A DNA stretch of 64,000 bases from Candidatus Sericytochromatia bacterium. Its GTDB lineage: Bacteria; Cyanobacteriota; Sericytochromatia; S15B-MN24; VGJW01. Below are positions 1 through 8,584 of this stretch, one piece after another. How positions within the stretch are numbered: the first letter of the stretch is position 1; each line of letters starts with the position of its first letter. The position numbers were made by a program, and so were the translations under genes. Location: the NCBI GenBank assembly GCA_035285865.1, contig JAYKHS010000026.1, positions 32,001 to 96,000 on the forward strand. The letters run 5' to 3'. Under the pieces are notes generated by a model that made no database searches, was not told where the DNA came from, and saw only the letters and a list, made by a program, of their open reading frames with translations.

Positions 1-42
1 CGGATGGTGCGGTCGCGCATCGAGGCTCTGGGGGGCCAGTGA
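1..42 (+). CDS. possible 3' end of a gene entering the window (...RMVRSRIEALGGQ*)
   Basis: Open frame from base 1 to TGA at 40-42, converging on the stop at 46. Too short to identify. Confidence 0.3.
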   Translation, partial: RMVRSRIEALGGQ

Positions 43-45
43 AGG

Positions 46-1095
46 CTAGTCTCGGGCTGTCGGACGCGTGACCAGGGGCCGTCGACGCAGGACTTTGCGG
101 GCGAGGTAGCCGCGTGCCCGCGGGGCCGCGGGGTCCCCTGGCGCCAGCTTGAGGAACGAGCGGAAGGCGGCAGCGGCCTCGTCGCTGCGCCCTTGGCGAT
201 GCAGGGCGACACCGAGGTTGTAGTGCGCCGCTGCCAGCCCGGGCACCCGCTTGATGGCCCGTCTGCACGACGCTTCGGCGTCCTTGTGGCGGTTGAGGCC
301 GATGAGGGCGAGCGCCCGGCCCACGTCCGCGACGGCTGGATTCGCTCCGGCCTTCGCGGCGGCCTCGAAGGCGGTCAATGCGTCCGCGGCACGGCCTTGT
401 TGCCATGCACGGGCGCCGTCGGCAAGCAGGGCGTCGGCACCTGAGAGCCGTGGAGCGCGCACGGCCCGAGGCAGGGTCGTCGGCTTCGCCGGCAGCGTTT
501 CCGGGCTGGCGGATGGGCGTGGTGCCGGAAGCGTTGTCCGGCCCGCATCCGGGGCGGGGCCGAGGTCAGGGCGTGCCAGCAGCCCGAAGGCGACCAGCCC
601 GGCGGCCAAGGCCGGAAGCAGCCACAGAGCCTTGCTGCGATCGGAAACCTCGAGAGCGCGCGTCGGCGCCCGCCGGATGACCGGTGTCGTCCGGGCCTCG
701 CGCGGCTCTTCCGGTGCGGTGGGTTCCGGATTCGGCATTGGTGGCGACTGGTCCGACATCCGCTCGACGGGCGCATCCCTGCGGCTACCCGAGCGGAGGC
801 GGCGCTCCTCTTCGTGGCGCGCCATCTCGCGCTGGCGCGCCAGCTCGGCAAGGATATCCAGATCGGGGCCGGAGTGAAGGCCTGTGGACGCCTGGGTTGC
901 CTCGGGCACGGGAGCGCCCAGGCTGGCCGCGATATCCGCCAGTCTTGCGAGCGCTGCCTCGGCCCGGGCCCGGGCGTCGGCCGTCGTGGCCACGTCGCGT
1001 CGGCGGCTCCATCGGTTTCGCGCGGCCTCCAGCGCACGCCTGAGTTCGGCCTCCGTGGCCTGTTCCGACAGGCCGAGCAATTCCCACGGCTTCAT
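46..1095 (-). CDS. J-like N-terminus + TM + TPR protein
   Basis: Start MKPWELLGL (ATGA overlap with upstream stop). J-like helix I without HPD, TM LWLLPALAAGLVAFGLLA, C-terminal TPRs (AHYNLGVALHRQGRSDEAAAAFRSFLKLAP). Confidence 0.75.
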   Translation of the reverse strand: MKPWELLGLSEQATEAELRRALEAARNRWSRRRDVATTADARARAEAALARLADIAASLGAPVPEATQASTGLHSGPDLDILAELARQREMARHEEERRLRSGSRRDAPVERMSDQSPPMPNPEPTAPEEPREARTTPVIRRAPTRALEVSDRSKALWLLPALAAGLVAFGLLARPDLGPAPDAGRTTLPAPRPSASPETLPAKPTTLPRAVRAPRLSGADALLADGARAWQQGRAADALTAFEAAAKAGANPAVADVGRALALIGLNRHKDAEASCRRAIKRVPGLAAAHYNLGVALHRQGRSDEAAAAFRSFLKLAPGDPAAPRARGYLARKVLRRRPLVTRPTARD

Positions 1096-3191
1096 CCGGC
1101 GGCCCACCATGCACCGAGGACCGGGCCGCATGCCGGACAAGCACCATCCTCAAGCGCTTCGTCGCACACCGGGCAGAAGCGGCGGCCATGCTCCGACTCT
1201 GCCAGCACGAGCGGGGGCCAGCCCTCACGTTCGAGCCTGGCCCACAGCACACCTACCCAGGAGGGTGGTGCATCCGGTTCCTGCAACGTGCGCATGAGCC
1301 TTGCGAACTGCCTGGCACGACGCCTGCGCCGCTCGCCGTCCGTCGGGATGATGAGTCCTTCCGCCGCCAGTTCCCGGATGCGTTGGCGCACGGCTGCACT
1401 GCCGGCCAGTCTTCCGGGCAGTTCCAGCGGGTGGCGCCCGGACGCGATGGCTTGCCATCGTCCGTCCTCGCGGAGGATCCGGAAGGCATGGGCCGCCCAT
1501 CTGAGGGTGCCTGTGGCCAGAGCCACCATGATGGCCACGGCGTCGTCGGGCGAGGTTTCCGGCGGTGGGGCGTCGGCCTTGCCACCCCAGGACAGTTGCC
1601 AGCCCGGACGCAAGTTGCGGCCACCGTGACCCGTGAAGGGGTGCATGTCGGGATCGTAAGGCCTCGGCGGTCTCCTTGCCACGCTTCTCACGCCTGCCGG
1701 CGCCGTGGCCGCCATGGCGGCCGCTCTTACGGCACGGGCCGTGAGCGCGCCCATCAGATCGGCCACCTGCGGGACGACGGCCCCAGGGCTCGGCCCAACG
1801 AGCCGCTCGGCCCATCCCGGGCCTCCGGCTGCCTCGCGCAAGGGATCCTCTGCACTTCCGGCCAGCATGGCCAGAGCTTCCCGGACGGCGGCATCGTGCT
1901 CCTCGGCCAGCGCAGGCAGGGCCGCTCGCTGGATGATGGTCCCCAGATACCGCAAGCGCTTGAGGCCTTCCCGTTCGACCATCGCGCGCCAGGCCTGCAG
2001 GGAGCGGGCCATTCTGTCGATTGCGGTGCCCTGATCCTCAAGCACGGCACGCCGAGTCCGCTGTTCGCGGAGGGTTTCGAGCATCTGCCACCAAGGCTTG
2101 ATGTCCGCGATGGCAGCCATGACCTCATCCGTCGCCAGGCTTCGGCCTTTCGGCCACAGGCCTGGGCGGAACTTCAGTCGTCCGAGCCGCTCCTCGGCCT
2201 GGCCTGAAGCGAGCGGCATGGCGGCCGTCAGGTCCTCCAACACGCGCTCGGTTGCTTCCTTGCGTCGCGCAATGCCCGTCTGAACGACCTCGAGCAATTC
2301 GAGCCACGAATCGACGGTGGCCAGTGCGGGGCGTGGATTGCCCGACCAGAGATCTTCACCCAGAGCCGCGTGCAAGGTTTCGCGGGCTTCCTCGATCAAG
2401 GCGCCAGGTGGTGTCCAGCCGGGTTCACGCACCATCGCGAGAAGATCCAGTTCGGCCAGCAGCCACGCCCGAAGGGTCTCCCCGCGCACGGGACCCTCGG
2501 CCAACATGTCCGAGGCGACGGACACGGGATCCACTCCTGCGGGCAGTCGGGGATCGAGAGCCCGCCATGTGGCCAGCAGTTCTCCGGATTCCGGTCTGCG
2601 GAGCTCCAGAAGCTGCTCCAACAGGCGAGCTTCGAGAACCGCCTGGACACGCTCTCGATCATGACCCGTCACTTGCCCGGTCCAGACTCCCGGGGGCAGG
2701 GGGGGCTCGGGTTCCCGCATCAAGTCTCGCAGCAGGATGCAGGCCGCCGCCGTCCCGTCTGGGGCGAGCCTGCCTCCGCCACGTCCCTCTCCTACCCACG
2801 TGACGGCAACGGGACGGCCCGTGGCCGACCCCCATCCGAGGAGGGTATCCAAGAGCAGGGATTCAGGATCGTTAGCACGAAGCACGAGATGGACAGCTCC
2901 TGCATCTGCGGCGAGGATGCGCCGCCAGTCCGTCTCTGCCTGCAACAGGGCGTGAACCAGGCTGTCGTCCCCGGGGGTCACGTCAAGCCAGGGGGCACTG
3001 GCCCATGCCGGGGGCAAGTCCGCCACGAGCTGCTGGATGGGGCCCGGGAAGTCTTCAGGGCACGGACCGGAGACCACCGCAGTCAGTCGTGGTCTCGGCC
3101 TCCCGGCGGGAGCGACGGCCATGGCCAGCAGATCATCCAGCATGGCGAGCGTGTGCGCACCGGCAGAACCGATGCCGACCATCAAGGTCAC
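1092..3191 (-). CDS. degenerate tubulin/FtsZ-like domain protein with coiled coil and C-terminal Zn ribbon
   Basis: GTG start (GTGA overlap, GGAGG upstream). N-terminal TLMVGIGSAG resembles the tubulin T1 loop. C-terminal CPVC-x8-CPAC. Confidence 0.55.
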   Translation of the reverse strand: MTLMVGIGSAGAHTLAMLDDLLAMAVAPAGRPRPRLTAVVSGPCPEDFPGPIQQLVADLPPAWASAPWLDVTPGDDSLVHALLQAETDWRRILAADAGAVHLVLRANDPESLLLDTLLGWGSATGRPVAVTWVGEGRGGGRLAPDGTAAACILLRDLMREPEPPLPPGVWTGQVTGHDRERVQAVLEARLLEQLLELRRPESGELLATWRALDPRLPAGVDPVSVASDMLAEGPVRGETLRAWLLAELDLLAMVREPGWTPPGALIEEARETLHAALGEDLWSGNPRPALATVDSWLELLEVVQTGIARRKEATERVLEDLTAAMPLASGQAEERLGRLKFRPGLWPKGRSLATDEVMAAIADIKPWWQMLETLREQRTRRAVLEDQGTAIDRMARSLQAWRAMVEREGLKRLRYLGTIIQRAALPALAEEHDAAVREALAMLAGSAEDPLREAAGGPGWAERLVGPSPGAVVPQVADLMGALTARAVRAAAMAATAPAGVRSVARRPPRPYDPDMHPFTGHGGRNLRPGWQLSWGGKADAPPPETSPDDAVAIMVALATGTLRWAAHAFRILREDGRWQAIASGRHPLELPGRLAGSAAVRQRIRELAAEGLIIPTDGERRRRRARQFARLMRTLQEPDAPPSWVGVLWARLEREGWPPLVLAESEHGRRFCPVCDEALEDGACPACGPVLGAWWAAG

Positions 3192-4525
3192 GGGTGGCGC
3201 CTCCACCACGATCGGGCGTGACCTTGAGCCACGCGCTCCAGGCGATCTTGCGCTGCTTGCCCATCCGGACCCAGATGCATTTCCTTCAGGGTGCTCCCCT
3301 CGCCCCATGTCAGCCACCATCCGTCCGTGCGCCATTCTCGCAGGTCGGCAGCCCGATCCCAGAGTGCTTGTCGGGGGTCTTCGGCTGCAGGCCGAGTCCA
3401 GACTGGCGTGTCACTCAGCGCCCCTGCCGCCGGGGAAGCCGGGAGGCTCCCGCCGCGGATGTTTCCCCAGCCGGTCGCAGGCCTTTCCGGCAGGATCGGT
3501 TCGAACCAATGGCCGTCGATGACTCCGCCGTGTCGTCGATGCGCAGGAGGCGACGAGGTCGTGGTCCGCGTACCCCGAGATGGCGTCTGGCGCGGCTCGG
3601 CGGCTTTCCATGCATCCTCGACGAGGCGCCACGGCCCTGTCGGATCCGGCAGGTGCCGGCGACGCAGCCGCCAGCCCTCCTCGTCGAGGCGCTGGCCCAG
3701 GGGTGCCACGGCGAGATCCCGGGCGCGCACGAGTTGCAGGAGCAAGCTGCGATCGTGCCGGTCGGCTTCTTCGGCCAGGTCTCCCAACTCCAGCGGCAGC
3801 ATGTCCTCGTCCATCTCCGGCACGGTCCAGCCATCGGTCGGCAGGTGACGGGCCACGAACGCGATGGCACGTGCCACGGCCTCTGGGCCGAGAACGCTGC
3901 GAACGGCCTCGAGATGGACGGCGAGGCTGTCGGCCATCCACGCGAGGGGCCAGCGGCCATTGTGCCACGCCCTTGCTGCCGCTTCGCGCGGGCCAAAGCC
4001 TTCGGTCGGCCAAGGCCAGAGGCTCCTCCGAAGGGCCGTATCCAGTTCGGTCTGCAGGTTTGCGTCGGGATCCAGGACCTGCCACGGGCCGGGAAGTTCC
4101 TCGATGACGGGAGCCCACGCCGGCAGCATCCGCGGGGTGCTCGAGGATTCCGCAGGTTCCGGCCTCAGCGCCAGCATGTGGGCCGAGGTTGGCAGTTCCC
4201 CGCGTGCCCAGAGCGTCAGGGCCGAGGCCAGCAGGCGTTGCGGGGGATGCGCATCGTTCCCCTCTAGATTGCGGATGCCCGGGACCTCCAGGCGACTGCC
4301 CGGTTGCACGATCGCGAGGATGCTGGCATCGGCGGGGGCTGTGCCAAGCCAGGCCCGAAGGGCGGCTGCACGAATCTCTCGGCTGTCGAGCAGGACAACG
4401 GTACCCGGGTTGAACGCGCTCGGCCACGACGTGAAACCTGTCGTGCCGATCGGGAGGGCCGGGCGTGCGAGCCCCAGGGCTTCCCGGGCGTGACGGCCGA
4501 TTGCGTGGACCTCAGGTGGACTCAT
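3188..4525 (-). CDS. hypothetical protein
   Basis: Start MSPPEV (ATGA overlap); stop overlaps the next start. No recognised family. Confidence 0.65.
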   Translation of the reverse strand: MSPPEVHAIGRHAREALGLARPALPIGTTGFTSWPSAFNPGTVVLLDSREIRAAALRAWLGTAPADASILAIVQPGSRLEVPGIRNLEGNDAHPPQRLLASALTLWARGELPTSAHMLALRPEPAESSSTPRMLPAWAPVIEELPGPWQVLDPDANLQTELDTALRRSLWPWPTEGFGPREAAARAWHNGRWPLAWMADSLAVHLEAVRSVLGPEAVARAIAFVARHLPTDGWTVPEMDEDMLPLELGDLAEEADRHDRSLLLQLVRARDLAVAPLGQRLDEEGWRLRRRHLPDPTGPWRLVEDAWKAAEPRQTPSRGTRTTTSSPPAHRRHGGVIDGHWFEPILPERPATGWGNIRGGSLPASPAAGALSDTPVWTRPAAEDPRQALWDRAADLREWRTDGWWLTWGEGSTLKEMHLGPDGQAAQDRLERVAQGHARSWWRRHP

Positions 4526-4800
4526 CCCCGGATCCAGACTCCGAACCAGACGGTGGCACCGAGCACGACGAAAACGGTGGCCAGCATGACCTGTGTGGTT
4601 GGCGGATGCCCCGGACAGAAGGCCAGGATGGCCGCGACCGTGGCAAGGATGCAGCCGGAACCGAGTCCTGCCATGGCCGACTCGGTCGGGCGGTCCGGAT
4701 GAGCCGTCAGGAGCAGGCGCGGTATCCCCCATGTGGCCCACAGCGCGACAAGCAGGCCGGCCAGCATGATTGCGGTTCGCGTAGCCAGAACGTCATCCAT
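4522..4800 (-). CDS. small membrane protein (about 3 TM)
   Basis: MDDVLATRTAIMLAGLLVALWA...; three hydrophobic segments; overlaps both neighbours. Confidence 0.7.
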   Translation of the reverse strand: MDDVLATRTAIMLAGLLVALWATWGIPRLLLTAHPDRPTESAMAGLGSGCILATVAAILAFCPGHPPTTQVMLATVFVVLGATVWFGVWIRG

Positions 4801-5278
4801 GGCTGTCCGCCTGATCCAGCACGAGTTCCACCGTGGCCTCGGCAAAACCGACTTCGCGGTAGAGCGTTCGGGCTGCCGTGTTCCCGACATGCGTGAACAG
4901 CCGCAGACGCTCCACGCCGATTCGGTGCGCGATGGCCCGTGCATCCTCGAGCAGGCTCTTGCCGAGGCCACGTCGGCGATGCCCGGGGTCCACGGCCAGC
5001 ACGACGATGAACAAGTCGCGTTCGCCCGTTACCGGGTGATGGGTCGGCAGCGACCAGCAGCAACCCGTGACCTGTCGGGTCACATCGCGCGTGACCCGGA
5101 CATGGCCGCCTTGCTCGCGATACCACGCCCACTGGGCCTCGATGCGTTCCCGTGCCTCGCTGCGCGTCAATCGGGCCAACGCGGGGTAGCTGGCGTGGAC
5201 GGCTTGCCCGAACAACGCGAGCAGGGCTGGGCGATCGTCGTCGACGGCATCCTCGACCACGCGTGGATCAATGCTCAT
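4793..5278 (-). CDS. GNAT family N-acetyltransferase
   Basis: Motif A LAVDPGHRRRGLGKSLL and motif B NTAARTLYREVGF. Confidence 0.9.
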   Translation of the reverse strand: MSIDPRVVEDAVDDDRPALLALFGQAVHASYPALARLTRSEARERIEAQWAWYREQGGHVRVTRDVTRQVTGCCWSLPTHHPVTGERDLFIVVLAVDPGHRRRGLGKSLLEDARAIAHRIGVERLRLFTHVGNTAARTLYREVGFAEATVELVLDQADSHG

Positions 5279-8200
5279 GGTGTTTCAGGACATCGGAAAG
5301 CCATGTGCGGAACGGTCGGTTGCGGTCCACCACTTCCTTGTTCGCCCAGGGTGTCCAGGGCCGTGTCCAGTGAACTCCCCCGACCAGATAGCGGTAGCGG
5401 CCGGGGTGCTCGACAGGCCAGGGATCGACGAGGTAGCGTTTGCCCGGAGTGGCGATGTTCCCCACCATGACCCAGTGGGCATCCTGATCGGAATCGACCG
5501 ATCGCAGCACGATCACTTGGTCCAGGTCTTGCTTCCAGCTCAGCAGGGTCCCTGCGGGGGCTTCGGCCAACTGCACCTCCAGCCGTTCCGCCTTGGGCTC
5601 GGGCCAGGCAGGCAGGCTCTCGCGTATCAGGTCGGTCGCACTGGGTCCAAGAAGAAGAACCATGCCGGTAGCCAGTCCTGCAAGGGTTCCTGAAGTGCGA
5701 TGCAGGACGCGTTTCATCGGCGTGAGGTGGTCCATGGCTCGTTCGAGGCCGGGCACGTGGAGCACAGGCGTCAGGGGCTCGAGCTGGCGCGCGGTCTTCA
5801 GGGCGAAGCGGCCGCGGCCCCTCACGGGGTCGTAGGCCAGAACCAGGGGGCGGTGTCCCTGTGGAACCAGCGCCGGCAGCAGGCTCATGGCCTGGTCGCG
5901 CTGGCGGCGGACCTCTCGAGTGCGCCACCACGAGAGGGGCTGGTGCCACCAGCTCGGGTCCTTGCGCCCTTGTGCCACGGCTCTGGGGCCGCGATCGCCA
6001 GCGCCCCTGCGGACCGCCATGTTGCCGTGCGCCGTCGTGTCCTCGTCGTCGTCGAGGTCGGCGTTCTCGAGCAGCGCCCGTCCCTCGGCGGCATCTTCAT
6101 CGTCCTCGAGCAGGCCGCGCTGGGCGGGGGCGGCTTCGATGGGCCCCTCGTAACCTTCTTCGGCCAACAGCTTCATCAGCAGTTCGTCCTGGTCGTCGTC
6201 CAGGCCCGGGTAGGCCATCGCCGGGCCTGAGGGCACGGGCGCGTCGTGAGGCAGCGGGTCGAGGGCGTCCAGACGCCTGCCCGCCTGGCGCAGGCTCCCG
6301 GGTATCATCCAGCCGATGAGGCCCAGCTCCTTCAGGCGCTCCAGGTCGTCCGGGTTCAATCTGGTCACGGGAACAACGGCCGTGATGCGATGCACGGACT
6401 GACCTTCCGGACCCCACGCGCAATCCCCGAGCAGTGCGGCCTCGCCTTCCGCCGGCCAGGCCACGTCGACGGGAACTGAGATGCGATGGTCCGGATGCAG
6501 CATCTCGAGCCCGAGGAAACGCGAAAGAGCCGACTCCGGCAACGGCACGAGCGGCGCGTCGTTCTGACCGGATGGTTCGCCCGCTGCGCGGCTGTCCGTC
6601 CCGTGTCCGGGCCCTTCGATTCCGTCTGCGGCTTCGATGGAATAGCGGACGAGTTCCGGCTCGGTGGCACGCGCGGTGTTCAACACGTCTTCGGGAGCAG
6701 AGCCGAGGATGGCGCGCAAGGCCGAGACATCCGACATCGGGTCGTCCCACGCCTCCTCGGCGGGATGTTCCGTTTCGGGCACGGCGGTGGCAGACGGCGC
6801 GACGACCGATGGGTCCAGGGGGCCCGTGCCGTAACGCTTGAACAGGGCATCGAGTTCCGGGTCCTGTTCCATCCGGTTCAGCGTCTCGAGCAGCTGTTCC
6901 TCCGGTTCATCGCCGAACGCGTCCTCCGATACGCCTTCCATCGTCTCGTCGGCGAGGGGCGCTGGCTCATCCCCGGTTGTCCCGGGGGCGGCCCGCTCAT
7001 CCAGGGCCAGTCGATCCTCCTCTTCATCGACTGCAAAGGGGTCATCCGCCACGAATGGCTCATCGGCCTCCTCGATGGCGTCATCCTGAGGGTCGGCTGA
7101 GGACCTGTTCCGCAAACTCTCGGGCAGCAGTTCCTCTACCGTCGGGAAAGGGATCTCGCCACTCAGGAAGCGTTCGAGGAGGTCTTCGGGCTCCTCCAGC
7201 ATGTCCAGTACTTCGAGCTGAGCGGCTTCCAGCACGAAGACCGGCGTGTCGGGGATGGGCAGGATGACAAAAGCGGGTGCCGCCTCCCCTTCCGGCGCTT
7301 GCCCGGAATCGGGGACGGATCCTGCCGGGATGTCGAATATCGAGTCCACGCTCGGGAACGTGGGCTCGGGCTCGGGCTCGGGTGGCGGCGGGGGGGGCTG
7401 TGCCAGATGCGGCCTCGGTCGCGGTGGGGCTGCCGGCAGAACCTCCGGTGACGGGAGCGGCGGCGGGGCGGGTTCCGCGGCAGGATCGGTCGTTGCTTCC
7501 AGAACCTCGAGTGCCTGCAGGACCTCGTCCAGTTCGGCAGGCGGTTGCGCGGCCTTCGGCTTGCTCTGGGGGATCGGGGTCATGCCGCCGTAGCGAATCG
7601 CATTCTCGATCAGGACCGGGTCGTCGAGCGGAATCCAGCCTTCCGGGGTTTCCACCGGAGGCCAGGTATCCTCGTGATCCTTGGAGCGCCATCGGAATCC
7701 CAGCCCCGGCAGGTGGAAGCTCGGGGGCAAGTTGCCATCCTCGAAGCCTTCCAAAGGAGCATCCGGATCCGGTTTCTCGTTGGCGCGAAGCTCGATCTCA
7801 TGCCGTGCAGCCATCTTGTCCAGACGGTCTGTCCTGGAGCCGACCCCAGCCGTCTTGGACCAGCCGTGTCCTGCGAAGGACTCGGGGGGGCGCTGCAAGG
7901 AGACCGGCTGTACCTTGGGGACGACGAGTCTGTTTCCGGCGCGCTCCCGAGCTATCGAGAGACGGTCGTCATAGGCCTTGCGGGTAATCGGGTCCAGGAG
8001 TTCGGCTTCTGCGTGCTTGAGCATGGCCAGTGCGGCTACCGCATCGTTGTGCAAGGTCGGGTGGTCGACGCGCCCGTTCCAGAAGGTCCGGTAGTTGTCG
8101 ATGGCGGAGGCGAGTTCGGCTGCCGAGCCCGTTTCCGGCAGGCCAAGGAGCGTGTAGTAGTCCGGTACGTCCGCTTCCGCGCCCATCGGGGCCGTACCGG

Positions 8201-8582
8201 AGGTGATGCCCACGATGGCGTCACGGATGCCATCCGAATCTCGGCCGGGCAGACGGACGACCCGGACGCCCTGGGCCGCCATCCGTTCGATGAAGCTTCG
8301 GGGGTCATCCAGTGGTGCGGTACCCGGTGTGCCGGGCAGAAGGCAGAAGTGCGTGGAGGCCAGCAGGCGGCCGGAGTCCTGCGCGAAGGCTGTACGGATG
8401 GCGCGGACGACCTCACCGACGACGTCCTCGTTGCCGGCGACCATCACCCCTTCCCAGGTACGTCCGGAGCCGCAGGCATCGAGGAAGCCCTGGATGTTCC
8501 CGGGCCGATGACGGATGGCCTCGATTCGGCCTTGCGGCCATTGCACCGGCCGAGGCAGAGCGTCAAGCAGGAGCCAGGTCAT
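5268..8582 (-). CDS. large multidomain membrane protein (J-like, acidic/Pro-rich, JAB-like, TM, Fn3-like)
   Basis: Start MTWLLLD, 2 nt after the upstream stop. DYYTLLGL...LLDPITRKAYD J-like segment, long D/E/P-rich linker, TM GTLAGLATGMVLLLG, C-terminal LLSW...YRYLV Fn3-like pattern. Confidence 0.7.
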   Translation of the reverse strand: MTWLLLDALPRPVQWPQGRIEAIRHRPGNIQGFLDACGSGRTWEGVMVAGNEDVVGEVVRAIRTAFAQDSGRLLASTHFCLLPGTPGTAPLDDPRSFIERMAAQGVRVVRLPGRDSDGIRDAIVGITSGTAPMGAEADVPDYYTLLGLPETGSAAELASAIDNYRTFWNGRVDHPTLHNDAVAALAMLKHAEAELLDPITRKAYDDRLSIARERAGNRLVVPKVQPVSLQRPPESFAGHGWSKTAGVGSRTDRLDKMAARHEIELRANEKPDPDAPLEGFEDGNLPPSFHLPGLGFRWRSKDHEDTWPPVETPEGWIPLDDPVLIENAIRYGGMTPIPQSKPKAAQPPAELDEVLQALEVLEATTDPAAEPAPPPLPSPEVLPAAPPRPRPHLAQPPPPPPEPEPEPTFPSVDSIFDIPAGSVPDSGQAPEGEAAPAFVILPIPDTPVFVLEAAQLEVLDMLEEPEDLLERFLSGEIPFPTVEELLPESLRNRSSADPQDDAIEEADEPFVADDPFAVDEEEDRLALDERAAPGTTGDEPAPLADETMEGVSEDAFGDEPEEQLLETLNRMEQDPELDALFKRYGTGPLDPSVVAPSATAVPETEHPAEEAWDDPMSDVSALRAILGSAPEDVLNTARATEPELVRYSIEAADGIEGPGHGTDSRAAGEPSGQNDAPLVPLPESALSRFLGLEMLHPDHRISVPVDVAWPAEGEAALLGDCAWGPEGQSVHRITAVVPVTRLNPDDLERLKELGLIGWMIPGSLRQAGRRLDALDPLPHDAPVPSGPAMAYPGLDDDQDELLMKLLAEEGYEGPIEAAPAQRGLLEDDEDAAEGRALLENADLDDDEDTTAHGNMAVRRGAGDRGPRAVAQGRKDPSWWHQPLSWWRTREVRRQRDQAMSLLPALVPQGHRPLVLAYDPVRGRGRFALKTARQLEPLTPVLHVPGLERAMDHLTPMKRVLHRTSGTLAGLATGMVLLLGPSATDLIRESLPAWPEPKAERLEVQLAEAPAGTLLSWKQDLDQVIVLRSVDSDQDAHWVMVGNIATPGKRYLVDPWPVEHPGRYRYLVGGVHWTRPWTPWANKEVVDRNRPFRTWLSDVLKHHEH

Positions 8583-8584
8583 CT

